The notes beneath the pieces were generated by a model. The model was not told the DNA's origin and ran no database searches. It was given only the letters and a program-made list of their open reading frames with translations. Both the position numbers and the translations under genes were made by a program. A stretch of DNA of 64,000 nucleotides from an uncultured Methylomirabilota bacterium. GTDB taxonomy: Bacteria; Methylomirabilota; Methylomirabilia; Methylomirabilales; 2-02-FULL-66-22. How positions within the stretch are numbered: the stretch's first letter is position 1; each line of letters begins with the position of its first letter. Positions 17,230 through 27,473 of the stretch are shown in pieces. The stretch covers positions 328,684 through 392,683 of the forward strand of contig CAWJHW010000004.1 of NCBI GenBank assembly GCA_963842855.1, written 5' to 3'.

Positions 17230-20200
17230 ATGGCTGTGAGCGCAGGCGTTGACATCGGTGCCGTGAGCGTGAAGGCGGCGATCCTCGGGGACCCGGAGGA
17301 TCGCGACGAGCTGGATCGCCTGGCCGCCGACGGAGAATTCGCCTGGATCCCGGCGCCCCGGCCGCTCTTGGTCTCCCGCTATCGCCGATCGTTGGGGGAT
17401 CCACTGGGCACGGCCGAGGCGATGGTGGCCGCCATCCAGAAGCACGTTCGCGACGTCCGCTGGGACCGCATCCGCGTCACGGGACGGGGCGCGACGTTGC
17501 TGCAGGAGCGCTGGTCGCTCGACCGGGTGAACGAGTTCAAGGCCATTGCGGCGGCGGCGGGATTCCTCCACCCCGAGGTGGCCACCCTCTTCGAGATGGG
17601 CGGAGAATCATCCAAGTTCCTGCGGCTGGCGCCCGATCCTTCCTCTGGGCGGGGCATCCTGGACTACGAGACCAACGGGGACTGCGCCGCCGGGACCGGC
17701 TCCTTCATCGACCAGCAGGCGACCCGCCTGCGCTACGACGTCGAGGATGTCGGCGCCATTGCCTGCTCCGCGCCCTCGGCCGCCCGGGTCGCCGGCCGCT
17801 GCTCGGTCTTCGCCAAGTCCGACATGATCCACGCCCAGCAGAAGGGGTACACCCCGCCCCAGATCCTGCGCGGCCTATGCGACGCTGTGGCCCGGAACTT
17901 CAAGGGGAGCATCACCAAGGGCAAGCCGGCCGTGCCCCCCGTCGCCTTCATCGGCGGCCTGGCCAAGAACGCCGGAGTGGTTCAGGCCCTTCGAGAGCTT
18001 TTCCATTTCGAGGATGGGCAGCTCTTCGTCCCCGAGGCGTACGCCTGGTTCAGCGCCATCGGGGCGGCGCTGCTGGTGGCCGAGTCCCCGGACCAACCGG
18101 GCAAGCAAGTTGGCAGCTCTCCAAACACGCCTCTGACTTCCTTGCCGAAGGATTCGGGCGGCGACGGAGCCACGACCCGACCCCTGAGCCTTGAAAACGT
18201 CCTCCTGCTCCGGGATCGGGTCCAACCTGCCTGGCGGCCGGGGGCAGGGGCAGGAGAACCGGCCTATCTGGGGATCGATGTCGGCTCGGTCAGCACGAAC
18301 CTGGCTGTCCTGAACGATGCGGCCGAAGTCCTGCACGAAATCTACGTGCGGACCGAGGGCCGCCCCATCGAGGTGGTGAGCGCCGGCCTCCGGACGATCG
18401 CCGGGGCATTAGGGGATCGCATCCGGATCCGCGGGGTGGGCACGACGGGATCGGGCCGGGAGCTGATCGGCGAGCTGGTGGGTGCCGACACGATCAACGA
18501 CGAGATCACGGCCCACAAGACCGGCGCCATGTACGTGAGCCAGACGCTCCTCCGCGAGCCGGTGGACACGATCTTCGAGATCGGCGGCCAGGACTCCAAG
18601 TTCATCGCCATCGAGAACGGCATCGTCGTGGACTTCGCCATGAACGAGGCCTGCGCCGCCGGGACCGGCTCGTTCCTGGAGGAGCAGGCCGAGCGCCTGG
18701 GGATCTCCATCAAGGAGGAGTTCGCCCGGCTGGCCTTCCGGTCGCGCCACCCCGTCCGGCTGGGCGAGCGCTGTACGGTCTTCATGGAGCAGGACGTCAA
18801 CGCCTGGCAGCAGCGGGGTGCCGCGCGGGAGGACCTGGTGGCCGGCCTGGCCTACTCGGTGGCACTCAATTACCTGAACCGCGTGGTGCGTGGGCGGTGG
18901 ATCGGGCGGGTGATCTACTTCCAGGGCGGCACGGCGTATAACGACGCCGTGGCCGCGGCCTTCGCCGGCCTCTTGGGCACGCGCATCATCGTGCCGCCCT
19001 ACAACGGGGTCATCGGGGCCATCGGCATGGCTCTCCTGGCTCGGGACAAGGTGCGGGGCACGGGACGCCCCACGACGTTCCGCGGCTCCGACCTCAGCGC
19101 CGTGCGGTTCTCCCTGCGCGAGTTTACGTGCCGGGCCTGCTCCAACGTCTGCGACATGCAAGAGTTCACGGTCGAAGGGGTCAAGACCTACTGGGGGGAT
19201 AAGTGCAGCGACAAGTTCCGCAAGCGGTCGCGGACGGAGCGCCGGCCGGTGATTCCCGATCTCATGACCCTGCGGCGCCGGCGCCTGCTGGACGGGTATG
19301 ACGGTCCGAAAGGATCGGGGCCGTGCATCGGGATCCCCCAGGCGATGTTCTTCCACGATCGGTTCCCCTTCTGGCGCGCCTTGCTGGAAGAGCTGGGGTG
19401 CGCCGTGGTCCTCTCCGACGAAACGAACCGGAAAATCGCCCAGGACGGCGTGGACCTCACCGTGGCGGAGCCCTGCTACCCGATCCGGATGGCGCATGGG
19501 CACGTGCAGGATCTCCTGGACAAGGGGGTGGAGTGGATCCTCCTTCCCAACACGATCAACGCCGAGGCCACGCCCGACGCCCTCGAGTCCCACGTGTGCC
19601 CGTGGGCCCAGACCCTCCCCTTCGTGGTGCGAAGCGTGCCGCGCCTCACCGCGGTGCGGGAGCGCATTCTGGCCCCCACGGTGCACTTCCGCCTGGGCGA
19701 GCGTCATGTCGCGGAGGAGCTCTTGCCGCTCGGGCGGGCGCTCAAGGCCGGCCGGGTCCGGACGCTCCGGGCGGTGGCCAAAGGATTTGCCGCGCAGCAG
19801 GCCTTCCGGGCTGCCGTGGAGGCGGCGGGCCGGGAGGCCCTGGCTACCATCCAGGCCAGCGGGGAGCCCGCGATCGTCCTCGTGGGCCGTCCTTACAACG
19901 TGCACGACCGCGCCGTCAACCTGGACGTCCCTGGGAAACTCCGAGATTACTACGGAATCAACGTCCTCCCCATGGACTGCCTGCCCCTCCACGGCGAGGA
20001 CATCCGGGATGTCAACGACAACATGTACTGGCATTCGGGGCGACGCATCCTGGCGGCAGGGAAGCTGGCGGCCCCCCATCCAAACCTGCACCTCATCTAC
20101 GTCACGAACTTCAAGTGCGGTCCCGATTCCTACCTCAAGCACTTCCTGGGGGACGCCTGCGGGAGGCCCTTCCTCAGCCTCCAGTTCGACGGCCACAGCA

Positions 20201-20286
20201 ACGATGCCGGGGTCCTGACCCGGTGTGAGGCGTACCTGGACAGCAAGGGGATGCTCCGATGGTGGCACACGCCCGGTCGGACCTGA
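17230..20286 (+). CDS. BcrAD/BadFG-type double ATPase (acyl-CoA dehydratase activase-like) fused to a DUF2229-type domain
   Basis: It has two actin-fold ATPase modules (GVDIGAVSVKAAIL and LGIDVGSVSTNLAVL). Each carries the NxxCAAGTGSF cluster-ligand motif (NGDCAAGTGSF and NEACAAGTGSF). A Cys-rich C-terminal domain follows (CRACSNVCDM, EPCYPIRMAHG). Confidence 0.8.
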   Translation: MAVSAGVDIGAVSVKAAILGDPEDRDELDRLAADGEFAWIPAPRPLLVSRYRRSLGDPLGTAEAMVAAIQKHVRDVRWDRIRVTGRGATLLQERWSLDRVNEFKAIAAAAGFLHPEVATLFEMGGESSKFLRLAPDPSSGRGILDYETNGDCAAGTGSFIDQQATRLRYDVEDVGAIACSAPSAARVAGRCSVFAKSDMIHAQQKGYTPPQILRGLCDAVARNFKGSITKGKPAVPPVAFIGGLAKNAGVVQALRELFHFEDGQLFVPEAYAWFSAIGAALLVAESPDQPGKQVGSSPNTPLTSLPKDSGGDGATTRPLSLENVLLLRDRVQPAWRPGAGAGEPAYLGIDVGSVSTNLAVLNDAAEVLHEIYVRTEGRPIEVVSAGLRTIAGALGDRIRIRGVGTTGSGRELIGELVGADTINDEITAHKTGAMYVSQTLLREPVDTIFEIGGQDSKFIAIENGIVVDFAMNEACAAGTGSFLEEQAERLGISIKEEFARLAFRSRHPVRLGERCTVFMEQDVNAWQQRGAAREDLVAGLAYSVALNYLNRVVRGRWIGRVIYFQGGTAYNDAVAAAFAGLLGTRIIVPPYNGVIGAIGMALLARDKVRGTGRPTTFRGSDLSAVRFSLREFTCRACSNVCDMQEFTVEGVKTYWGDKCSDKFRKRSRTERRPVIPDLMTLRRRRLLDGYDGPKGSGPCIGIPQAMFFHDRFPFWRALLEELGCAVVLSDETNRKIAQDGVDLTVAEPCYPIRMAHGHVQDLLDKGVEWILLPNTINAEATPDALESHVCPWAQTLPFVVRSVPRLTAVRERILAPTVHFRLGERHVAEELLPLGRALKAGRVRTLRAVAKGFAAQQAFRAAVEAAGREALATIQASGEPAIVLVGRPYNVHDRAVNLDVPGKLRDYYGINVLPMDCLPLHGEDIRDVNDNMYWHSGRRILAAGKLAAPHPNLHLIYVTNFKCGPDSYLKHFLGDACGRPFLSLQFDGHSNDAGVLTRCEAYLDSKGMLRWWHTPGRT

Positions 20287-21539
20287 TGGCCCGGCGGCTG
20301 TACATCCACCGCATGACGGACTGCGGCGCGGAGTGCCTGGCGGCCGCCCTCCGCTCCGTGGGGATCGACGCCGTGGTCCTGCCACCCTCGGACCCGCGGA
20401 CGCTGGAGCTGGGGGCGCGCCACCTGGCGGGGGAAGAATGCCTGCCGGCCAAGGTGACCCTGGGCGACTACCTGAAGGTGGCCAGATCACCGGGCTTCGA
20501 CCCGGGGAAGACCGCCTTCATGATGCCCACGACGGAGGGGCCGTGCCGCTTCGGCCAGTACGCGCCGTACATTCGCAAGGTCTTTCGGGACCTGGGGTAC
20601 CCAGAGGTCCTGGTCATCTCCCCCACCAGCGGCGATGGCTACCGACATCTGGGCGGCCTGGGGCGACAGGTCACCAGGACGGCCTGGCGCGGCTTCGTCG
20701 CCGCGGACATCCTGCGCAAGCTCCTGCTCAAGACGCGGCCCTACGAGGTGAATCCAGGGGACAGCGACGCCGCGTACGCCCGCTCCGTGCAGGAACTCTG
20801 CACGGCCCTGGAGGTGCCGGGGCGCCGGCCCGGGGAACAGATGGCAGCCCTGCAGGCCGCGCTGATCCGGGTCCGCGATCGGTTCCGCGCCATCCCGGCC
20901 CGATACGAGCGGGGGCGGCTCCTCATCGGGATCCAGGGGGAGATCTTCTGCCGGATGAACGAGTTCAGCAACGACGACCTCATCCGGCGGCTGGAGGCGT
21001 GTGGCGGCGAGGCCTGGCTCTCGGACATTGCCGAATGGGTCTGGTACTGCAACAGCGACCAGGCGTGCGCCCTGCGCCGCGAGGGGAGGCGCTATTCCTT
21101 CGCCATGCTGGGCGCCAAGCTGCGCGATCACATCCAGCGGGCCGACGAGGCGGCGCTCCGCGTCCTCTTCGCCGAGGACTTCATGGGATATGAGGAGCCT
21201 GAGGACATCGAGGAGATTCTGCGCGCGGGAGACCGCTACCTCCCTCAGGCGGGCGCCATGGGCGAGATGGTCCTCTCGGCCGGCAAGGTGGATTACTTCT
21301 TCCGCAAGGGGGCGGACGGCATCATCGACATCAGCCCCTTCTCCTGCATGAACGGCATCGTGTCCGAGGCGCTCTACCCACGCCAGAGCCAGGAGCATGC
21401 GGGCATCCCCATCAAGAATTTCTACTTCGACGGGAAAGGCGGGGACCTCACCCAGGACCTGGAGATCTTCCTGGAGATGGCGTGCGCCTACCGGCGCCGC
21501 AAGCCGCACCTGCGGCGGTACCCTCCCTGCTTCGTATGA
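20286..21539 (+). CDS. activase-associated protein (2-hydroxyacyl-CoA dehydratase-like / DUF2229-type)
   Basis: The start ATG overlaps the upstream TGA (TGATG). GEECLPAKV and GPCRFGQYAPY are motifs I associate with activase-partner proteins. It is translationally coupled to the next ORF region. Confidence 0.6.
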   Translation: MARRLYIHRMTDCGAECLAAALRSVGIDAVVLPPSDPRTLELGARHLAGEECLPAKVTLGDYLKVARSPGFDPGKTAFMMPTTEGPCRFGQYAPYIRKVFRDLGYPEVLVISPTSGDGYRHLGGLGRQVTRTAWRGFVAADILRKLLLKTRPYEVNPGDSDAAYARSVQELCTALEVPGRRPGEQMAALQAALIRVRDRFRAIPARYERGRLLIGIQGEIFCRMNEFSNDDLIRRLEACGGEAWLSDIAEWVWYCNSDQACALRREGRRYSFAMLGAKLRDHIQRADEAALRVLFAEDFMGYEEPEDIEEILRAGDRYLPQAGAMGEMVLSAGKVDYFFRKGADGIIDISPFSCMNGIVSEALYPRQSQEHAGIPIKNFYFDGKGGDLTQDLEIFLEMACAYRRRKPHLRRYPPCFV

Positions 21540-21670
21540 TCGCCTCCCGACTTTCCACCTTGCGCATCCGCGCCGTCGGGGGATATGATGCCGGCCGAGC
21601 CGTTGACAGGGCCGAACAGCGATCGGGGAAGGGCTGCCTTCTTTCCGAGAGGCTCTTCAGGAGCAAGGGC

Positions 21671-22543
21671 GTGACCACGACCTCCCGGTGGAACGGCTTC
21701 TTTGTGACCACGCGATGGCTGGATGAGCATCTCACGGATCCCGCCGTCCGCATCGTGGATATCCGCGGCGTCATCCGGCCGGCGGACCGACCCAAGCCGT
21801 GGTACCTGGAGAGCCGCGAGGAGTACGCCGACAACCACATTCCCGGCGCCGTCTTCGTCGGCTGGCTCACGGACATCGTGGAGCCGGACGCGCCGGTGAA
21901 GATGACCGTCGCCTCGCCCCGACGCTTCGCCGCGCTCATGGGGGGCCTGGGGATCGGGGACGAGCACCTGGTCATCGCCTACGACGACGAGGGCAACCAC
22001 ATCGCGGCCCGCCTGTGGTGGATGCTGAACTACTACGGCCATCCGGCCGTCTGTTTGTTGGACGGAGGGTATCCGAAGTGGCTGGCAGAGGGCCGACCCG
22101 TGACCGCCGAGGTGCCGGGCCATCCACCGGCCACCTTCACGGCGCGGGTGCAGCCGGAGTGGCGGGCGACGGGCGAGCAAGTCCGCCAGGCCATCGGGGA
22201 TCCGCGGGTTCGCGTCGTGGATGCGCGCGGGCCCCGCGATTTCCGGGGGGAGACCGGACGCGGGGAGCGGAAGGGACGGATCCCGGGCGCCGTGAATGTC
22301 CCCATCAAGAGCTTTTGGCAGGGCCGGTACAACACCTGGAAGTCCGAGGCGGAGCTGCGGGCGATCTACGAGGCCGCGGGGGTGACGCCGGACAAACGGG
22401 TGATCACCTACTGCAACGCCGGCGTCTCGGCGTCTGTCGGCCTGCTGGCGCTGAAGCTTCTGGGTTTCCCGTCGGCGGCCAACTACGCCGGCTCTTGGTA
22501 CGACTGGGAGCGGGATCCGAGGAACCCGGCCGAGACGGGCTGA
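21671..22543 (+). CDS. rhodanese-family sulfurtransferase (thiosulfate/3-mercaptopyruvate type, two domains)
   Basis: Tandem rhodanese architecture. The active-site loop is YCNAGVSAS, followed by C-terminal YAGSWYDWE. The start is uncertain: GTG 21671 follows AGGAG, and ATG 21536 is an alternative. Confidence 0.8.
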   Translation: MTTTSRWNGFFVTTRWLDEHLTDPAVRIVDIRGVIRPADRPKPWYLESREEYADNHIPGAVFVGWLTDIVEPDAPVKMTVASPRRFAALMGGLGIGDEHLVIAYDDEGNHIAARLWWMLNYYGHPAVCLLDGGYPKWLAEGRPVTAEVPGHPPATFTARVQPEWRATGEQVRQAIGDPRVRVVDARGPRDFRGETGRGERKGRIPGAVNVPIKSFWQGRYNTWKSEAELRAIYEAAGVTPDKRVITYCNAGVSASVGLLALKLLGFPSAANYAGSWYDWERDPRNPAETG

Positions 22544-22683
22544 GGGGGCCGGACACCCCCTGGACGTGCGTTCTGCGGTCTGCTAGGCTGTAGACGTCGT
22601 CATTTTCCAGCATGGTTCCGGGGGGCGGTGCGGCAGAGATCTCTGGACGAGGCCCCGACCCTCAGGAACCGAGGACACATGCG

Positions 22684-23586
22684 ATGACTGAATCTCCTTC
22701 TTCCCTGCGCATCGAGGATTTTCCATCGGACCTCCGCCGGCCGATGCTGGTGACCGCCTTTGCCGGGTGGAACGACGCCGCGGAGAGCGCCACGGCGGCG
22801 GCGCGCTTTTTCTGCCAGCGCTGGTCGGCGCGGCGGATCGCCCAGATCCTGCCCGAGGAATTCTTTCATTTCGGGCTGACCCGGCCCGAGGTCCGGATCC
22901 AGGAGGGGGCCCAGACCCGGGAGATCCGGTGGCCGGCCACCGAGTTCTTCCTGAGCCAGGAGCCCTCACTGCCCCGGGACGCGATCGTCCTGCTGGGCAT
23001 CGAGCCGCACCTGAAGTGGCAGACCTTCTGCGGACACATCCTGGAGGTGGCGCGCCGCGCCCAGGTGACGCTCGTGCTCACGCTGGGGGCCCTCCTGGCC
23101 GACGCCCCCCACACCCGTCCCGTTCGGGTCACTGGCGTGAGCACCGATCGCGAGCTGGCCGCCCGCCTGCGGACCACCCCCACGCGGTACGAGGGGCCGA
23201 CGGGGATCGTGGGGGTCCTGAACGATGCCTGCCGCCGCGCGGGGATTGAGGTCGCCAGCCTGTGGGCGAACGTCCCGCACTACGTGTCCGAGGTCACCAA
23301 TCCCCACGCCATCCTGGCTCTCGTGCGCCGCGTCCTCGACCTCCTGGAGTGGAACACGGATCTCGGCGAGTTGGAGGCGAGCGTGGCGGAGTTCGACCGC
23401 CAACTGGCCCGCATCCTCTCGCAGAAGCCGGAGGTGGCGCGGTACATCGAAGAGCTGGAGCGGCGCGACGCGAGGACCGAGGCGACGGAGGGGGAGGCCG
23501 CCGGCGATCTTCCCGGCACCTCGCAGCTCATCCGGGAAGTGGAGCAGTTCCTCCGGGAGCACCGGAGAGACACCGGGCAGAACTGA
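22684..23586 (+). CDS. PAC2 (proteasome assembly chaperone 2-like) family protein
   Basis: MLVTAFAGWNDAAESAT, GIEPHLKW, YEGPTGIVGVL and ASLWANVPHYV follow the bacterial PAC2 family pattern. Confidence 0.65.
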   Translation: MTESPSSLRIEDFPSDLRRPMLVTAFAGWNDAAESATAAARFFCQRWSARRIAQILPEEFFHFGLTRPEVRIQEGAQTREIRWPATEFFLSQEPSLPRDAIVLLGIEPHLKWQTFCGHILEVARRAQVTLVLTLGALLADAPHTRPVRVTGVSTDRELAARLRTTPTRYEGPTGIVGVLNDACRRAGIEVASLWANVPHYVSEVTNPHAILALVRRVLDLLEWNTDLGELEASVAEFDRQLARILSQKPEVARYIEELERRDARTEATEGEAAGDLPGTSQLIREVEQFLREHRRDTGQN

Positions 23587-23691
23587 GCCACCCTTGCAAG
23601 AGGATCGCTGCCCCCGGGCGCAGGACGGCCCGGGGATTTTTTTCCACGGACGGATCGACCGCCTGCCCGTCGGATACGAGGGGGGCGCCCC

Positions 23692-24015
23692 ATGCAAATC
23701 GTCACCGTGGCCGCCAGGATCCGGTTTGCCGAGGAGAAGATGCAGAAGGTCGGACTCTTCGAGACGGACCGGTGCTTGTTCGACCTGTACTGCCTCAAGC
23801 CCGGTCAGGCCCGGAAGGTCCACACGCATGCGGGCTCGGACAAGGTGTATTACGTCCTGAGCGGCCGGGCCACCGTGCGCGTGGGCGCCGAGCAACAGGA
23901 TATCGCGGCCGACCAGGCGGTCCTGGCCCCCGCGGGCGAAGAGCACGGCGTGGCGGCTGCAGGCGAGGAACCGTTGACACTCCTCGTGTTCATGGCCCCC
24001 AAGCCGATCCACTGA
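23692..24015 (+). CDS. cupin-domain protein
   Basis: 107 aa. HTHAGSDKVYYVLSGRATVRVG...APAGEEHGV matches the two cupin motifs. Confidence 0.7.
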   Translation: MQIVTVAARIRFAEEKMQKVGLFETDRCLFDLYCLKPGQARKVHTHAGSDKVYYVLSGRATVRVGAEQQDIAADQAVLAPAGEEHGVAAAGEEPLTLLVFMAPKPIH

Positions 24016-24219
24016 GGGCAAACACTGCAATTCAGCCGCAAAGGGCGCGAAGCACGCAAAGAAGGACCCCGGATTCCATGGAACCCCCGGGGCATACGAC
24101 GGTCTCAACCTCGGGACGGAACAGTGTGGCGCCGCCCCTCGGTAAGGTGGGGCCTGACTCCTCTTTGCGGTCTTTGCGAGCATTGCGGTGAAATCTTCGG
24201 GCTGAGGCGAGGGTCCCCG

Positions 24220-24906
24220 ATGGCTGAGGGTCTTCACGATCGCTTACTCCAAGTCCAGGAGCGGATTCGCTTGGCCGCCGGGCGGGCGGGAAGAGAGGCC
24301 GGCTCGGTCACGCTGGTGGCCGTGAGCAAGACGGTTCCGGTAGAGGTCGTCCGGGAGGCGCTGGCCGCGGGCGTCACGATCCTGGGGGAGAACCGGGTCC
24401 AGGAGGCCCGGGACAAGATCGCCGCGCTTTCCGGGCGGGCCACGTGGCATCTGGTGGGACACCTCCAGACGAACAAGGCCAAGCTCGCCGTCCAGCTCTT
24501 CGATCTGATCCACTCGCTGGATTCTCCGAGGCTGGCCGAGGCTCTGGATCGATCGGCGGAGCAGGCGGGCAGGGTAGTGCCATGCCTGGTCGAGGTGAAT
24601 CTGGGCGGGGAGGAGAGCAAGAGCGGAACGACCGAGGAGGGCGTCCGTCCCCTGCTGGAGGCGGCGGCGCGGCTCGCCCACCTGCGAATCGAAGGCCTGA
24701 TGACCGTCCCGCCCTTCCTGCCGGACCCGGAACAGGTGCGCCCCTTCTTCCGCCGCCTGCGGAGTCTGCGGGACAAGCTGGCGGGAGAGGGATTCCGCTT
24801 GGCCGAGCTTTCCATGGGCATGACGCACGATTTCGAGGTGGCCATCGAGGAGGGGGCGACCATGGTGAGGATCGGCACGGCGATCTTCGGCCCCCGGCCT
24901 GGATGA
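24220..24906 (+). CDS. yggS: YggS-family pyridoxal-phosphate-binding protein
   Basis: VTLVAVSKTVP (PLP lysine), ILGENRVQE, WHLVGHLQTNK, LSMGMTHDFEVAIEEGATMVRIGTAIFG. Confidence 0.88.
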   Translation: MAEGLHDRLLQVQERIRLAAGRAGREAGSVTLVAVSKTVPVEVVREALAAGVTILGENRVQEARDKIAALSGRATWHLVGHLQTNKAKLAVQLFDLIHSLDSPRLAEALDRSAEQAGRVVPCLVEVNLGGEESKSGTTEEGVRPLLEAAARLAHLRIEGLMTVPPFLPDPEQVRPFFRRLRSLRDKLAGEGFRLAELSMGMTHDFEVAIEEGATMVRIGTAIFGPRPG

Positions 24907-24981
24907 AAAAGCCGCAGGGACAGCGGAGATCGCTTTCCCCTGTCGGAAATCGCTGTGGCCATCAGAAGGAGGAGGTGTAGG

Positions 24982-25632
24982 ATGCTGATCTTTCTCGATA
25001 CGGCCGACGTGAAGGAGATCCGCGAGATGGCGAGCCTCGGCCTCGTGGATGGGATCACGACCAATCCATCACTGATCGCCAAGGAAGGCCGCCCGTTTCG
25101 CGAGATCGTGGATGAGATCATTCGCATCGTGGACGGCCCCATCAGCCTCGAGGTCGTGAGCACCGACGCCCAAGGCATGATGGCAGAGGCGCGAGACCTC
25201 GCGAAGATTCACGCCAACGTCGTGGTGAAGATCCCCCTCATCGCCGAGGGTTTGAAGGCGGTCAAGCAACTCACGTTGGAGGGGATCAAGACGAACGTCA
25301 CCCTCTGCTTCTCCCCCAGCCAGGCGCTCTTGGCGGCCAAGGCCGGCGCCGCCTACATCAGTCCGTTCGTCGGGCGGCTGGACGACATCAGTCACGAGGG
25401 CATGGAGTTGGTGCGGCAGATCGTGACCATTTACAGGAACTACGGCTACCCGACCAAGGTCCTGGCGGCCAGCCTGCGCAACCCACTGCACTTTGTGGAT
25501 GCGGCGATGGCCGGTGCGCATGTCTGCACGATGCCGCCGGCGGTCCTGCGCCAGCTGTTGAAGCATCCCCTGACCGATATTGGGCTGGAGAAGTTCCTGG
25601 CGGATTGGAAGAAAGTTCCCAAGGCGCCATGA
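24982..25632 (+). CDS. tal: short-type transaldolase / fructose-6-phosphate aldolase
   Basis: [29 protein letters not shown] (catalytic Lys context), [19 protein letters not shown]. Confidence 0.88.
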   Translation: MLIFLDTADVKEIREMASLGLVDGITTNPSLIAKEGRPFREIVDEIIRIVDGPISLEVVSTDAQGMMAEARDLAKIHANVVVKIPLIAEGLKAVKQLTLEGIKTNVTLCFSPSQALLAAKAGAAYISPFVGRLDDISHEGMELVRQIVTIYRNYGYPTKVLAASLRNPLHFVDAAMAGAHVCTMPPAVLRQLLKHPLTDIGLEKFLADWKKVPKAP

Positions 25633-26075
25633 GCCCCTCGTGGGAATGCCGGCCGGTCGGCCCCGCGTCCGCGCGGCGTGCGCGGATCGGCCCCGAAGGA
25701 CGACGAGAGGTCGTGTAGCGTTCTGCCGGTGTCCCGCCTGATCATCGCGTCAGCCATGTCCCGGCTTGCCGCACATCCCTGCCGGTGTCCCAACCGCTCT
25801 GCCGCGCGGAGCGGATTATTGTTGAGTCACCGGACGGGCGCTAACCCGTCGAGGTCCGCAATGGATCGTTTCCGCGCTGCCAGCCGCTGTCGAGAGGTTG
25901 CATCCGCTGGATGACTGTCGAGGATCAAGAAGTGAATCGGCATTTTACTCTTGAGATTCTCACCGCGACTATTGCGGGGATTTGGAGTTGGCGTGTGTTG
26001 TATCCCAGAAGGACAAAGACACATTTAGAACGGGGAATGAGCCTTGACGGTCGGATGAGGTATAGCGCTGTCGTG

Positions 26076-26091
26076 TTCATAACTATATGAA
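26076..26091. promoter_or_regulatory. perfect palindrome TTCATA-ACTA-TATGAA in AT-rich intergenic region
   Basis: A 6-4-6 inverted repeat read directly from the sequence. It lies upstream of the IclR-family gene, so it is a candidate operator. Confidence 0.35.
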
Positions 26092-26200
26092 TATAGTCCT
26101 TTCTTATGTTTATCCGTTTCTCTGTCGATACCAACGATCGGGTAAATACCGAGCTGGCTCGCGCATGACATTGAAATAATATCCAAAGAGGAAGTTTTCT

Positions 26201-26229
26201 CTTGACATCGTTAGAACGATATTTTATAT
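26201..26229 (+). promoter_or_regulatory. near-consensus sigma70 promoter
   Basis: TTGACA (26201-26206), a 17 nt spacer, then TATATA (26224-26229). It lies about 135 nt upstream of the IclR-family ATG in the only strongly AT-rich stretch of this region. Confidence 0.55.
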
Positions 26230-26363
26230 ACACACGTCCCTCAAAACAAGAGGGGGCCTCTCTAGCTTCCCCGTCATGGTCTGCCGGCTCCAGGGTTCAT
26301 CCGCGAGGATTCCAGCCGGATGAGCCGGGGCGGTTTCATGTTCTCCCACCACGGGGCGCTCGG

Positions 26364-27170
26364 ATGGAGCATCGCCGGAAGGAAAAGTCAGAGTATGTGG
26401 TCCAGTCGGTCGACCACGCGCTGGATATTCTCGAAACGTTCAGCTACAACGAGGAGGAGTTGGGGGTCACCGAGCTTTCCCACAAGCTCAATCTGCACAA
26501 GAACAACGTCTTCCGCCTCCTGGCGACACTGGAGACTCGCGGCTACATCGAGCAAGACAAGAAGACGGGCAATTACCGCCTGGGCATCAAGATCTTCGAA
26601 GTGGCCAACGTCTTCCTTCATCATCTCGGCCTGCGACGCCAGGCGCGTCCCATTCTGGAAGAGCTGGTGGGCAAATGCAATGAGACCGCCTACCTGGCCG
26701 TGACCGAGGGGACGGATGTGGTATACGTTCTCATGCACGAGACGACGCACACCGTGCGCGTGATCCCGCGCCTCGGCCACCGGCTGCCCGCCTACTGCAC
26801 GGCCTCGGGGAAGATCCAGCTCGCCTTCGAATCGCAGGACCGCCTCCGCGAGCTCTTCAGGGACCGAGCCTTGCGCCAGTTCACGGCAAATACGATCGCG
26901 GATTTCGACCGGCTGCTGGAACACCTCGCAGAAGTGGCCCGCCTGGGATTCGCCGTAGATCACGAGGAACTGGAAGAGGGGGTATGCTGCCTGGCCGCTC
27001 CGGTGCGGGACTATTCCCACAAGGTCGTGGCGGGCGTGGGACTGTCGGGGCCGGTCTCGCGCTTTTCCCCCGAGCGAATTCAGAACGAACTCGCGGCCCT
27101 GGTCAAGGAGGCCGGGACGAAGATCTCCCAACGACTGGGGTATGAAATTCCCGGGGAGGTTCTCACCTAA
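26364..27170 (+). CDS. IclR-family transcriptional regulator
   Basis: SVDHALDILETFS...LGVTELSHKLNLHKNNVFRLLATLETRGYIEQD is the winged HTH. The C-terminal IclR effector domain shows AYLAV, LPAYCTASGK and EELEEGVCCLAAPV. Confidence 0.88.
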   Translation: MEHRRKEKSEYVVQSVDHALDILETFSYNEEELGVTELSHKLNLHKNNVFRLLATLETRGYIEQDKKTGNYRLGIKIFEVANVFLHHLGLRRQARPILEELVGKCNETAYLAVTEGTDVVYVLMHETTHTVRVIPRLGHRLPAYCTASGKIQLAFESQDRLRELFRDRALRQFTANTIADFDRLLEHLAEVARLGFAVDHEELEEGVCCLAAPVRDYSHKVVAGVGLSGPVSRFSPERIQNELAALVKEAGTKISQRLGYEIPGEVLT

Positions 27171-27193
27171 AAACGTAGTGGGGTCGGAACGCC

Positions 27194-27457
27194 TTGACCG
27201 AGCAGCCTGACCGTCTCTTGTGTCTGAAGTGCCGCCGGGATGGCCAGTCCTTCCGCTACCTGGACCTCCTTGAGCGCGTCCGGTTGGCCGACGATCCCGC
27301 CGATCCCGATGTCGGCCACTTCTGTCTCGAGACCATTCATATCATGCAGTGTCCTGCCTGCGGCCACCGCCAGGAGCGCCTTCACCGGCGGACCCCGTAC
27401 GCCACGCTCCGCGAGGCCCAGTCCCAGCTTGACGCCCACTTTTTCGGCAAAGGCTGA
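27194..27457 (+). CDS. hypothetical zinc-ribbon-like protein (87 aa)
   Basis: CLKC ... CPACGH Cys pairs. No family recognised. Confidence 0.35.
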   Translation: MTEQPDRLLCLKCRRDGQSFRYLDLLERVRLADDPADPDVGHFCLETIHIMQCPACGHRQERLHRRTPYATLREAQSQLDAHFFGKG

Positions 27458-27473
27458 AAAATACAAAAATATC

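Noticed and set aside
18409-20490. 693-aa minus-strand ORF
   Set aside because: It is antisense to the well-supported activase gene. It is Arg/Pro/Gly/Ala-rich with no motif. Long antisense ORFs of this kind are the expected artefact in GC-rich DNA.
21536-21670. 45-aa N-terminal extension of the rhodanese gene from ATG 21536 (ATGA overlap with the upstream stop)
   Set aside because: The extension precedes the rhodanese fold and has no recognisable feature. GTG 21671 has a better SD. I left it as an alternative start rather than a separate feature.
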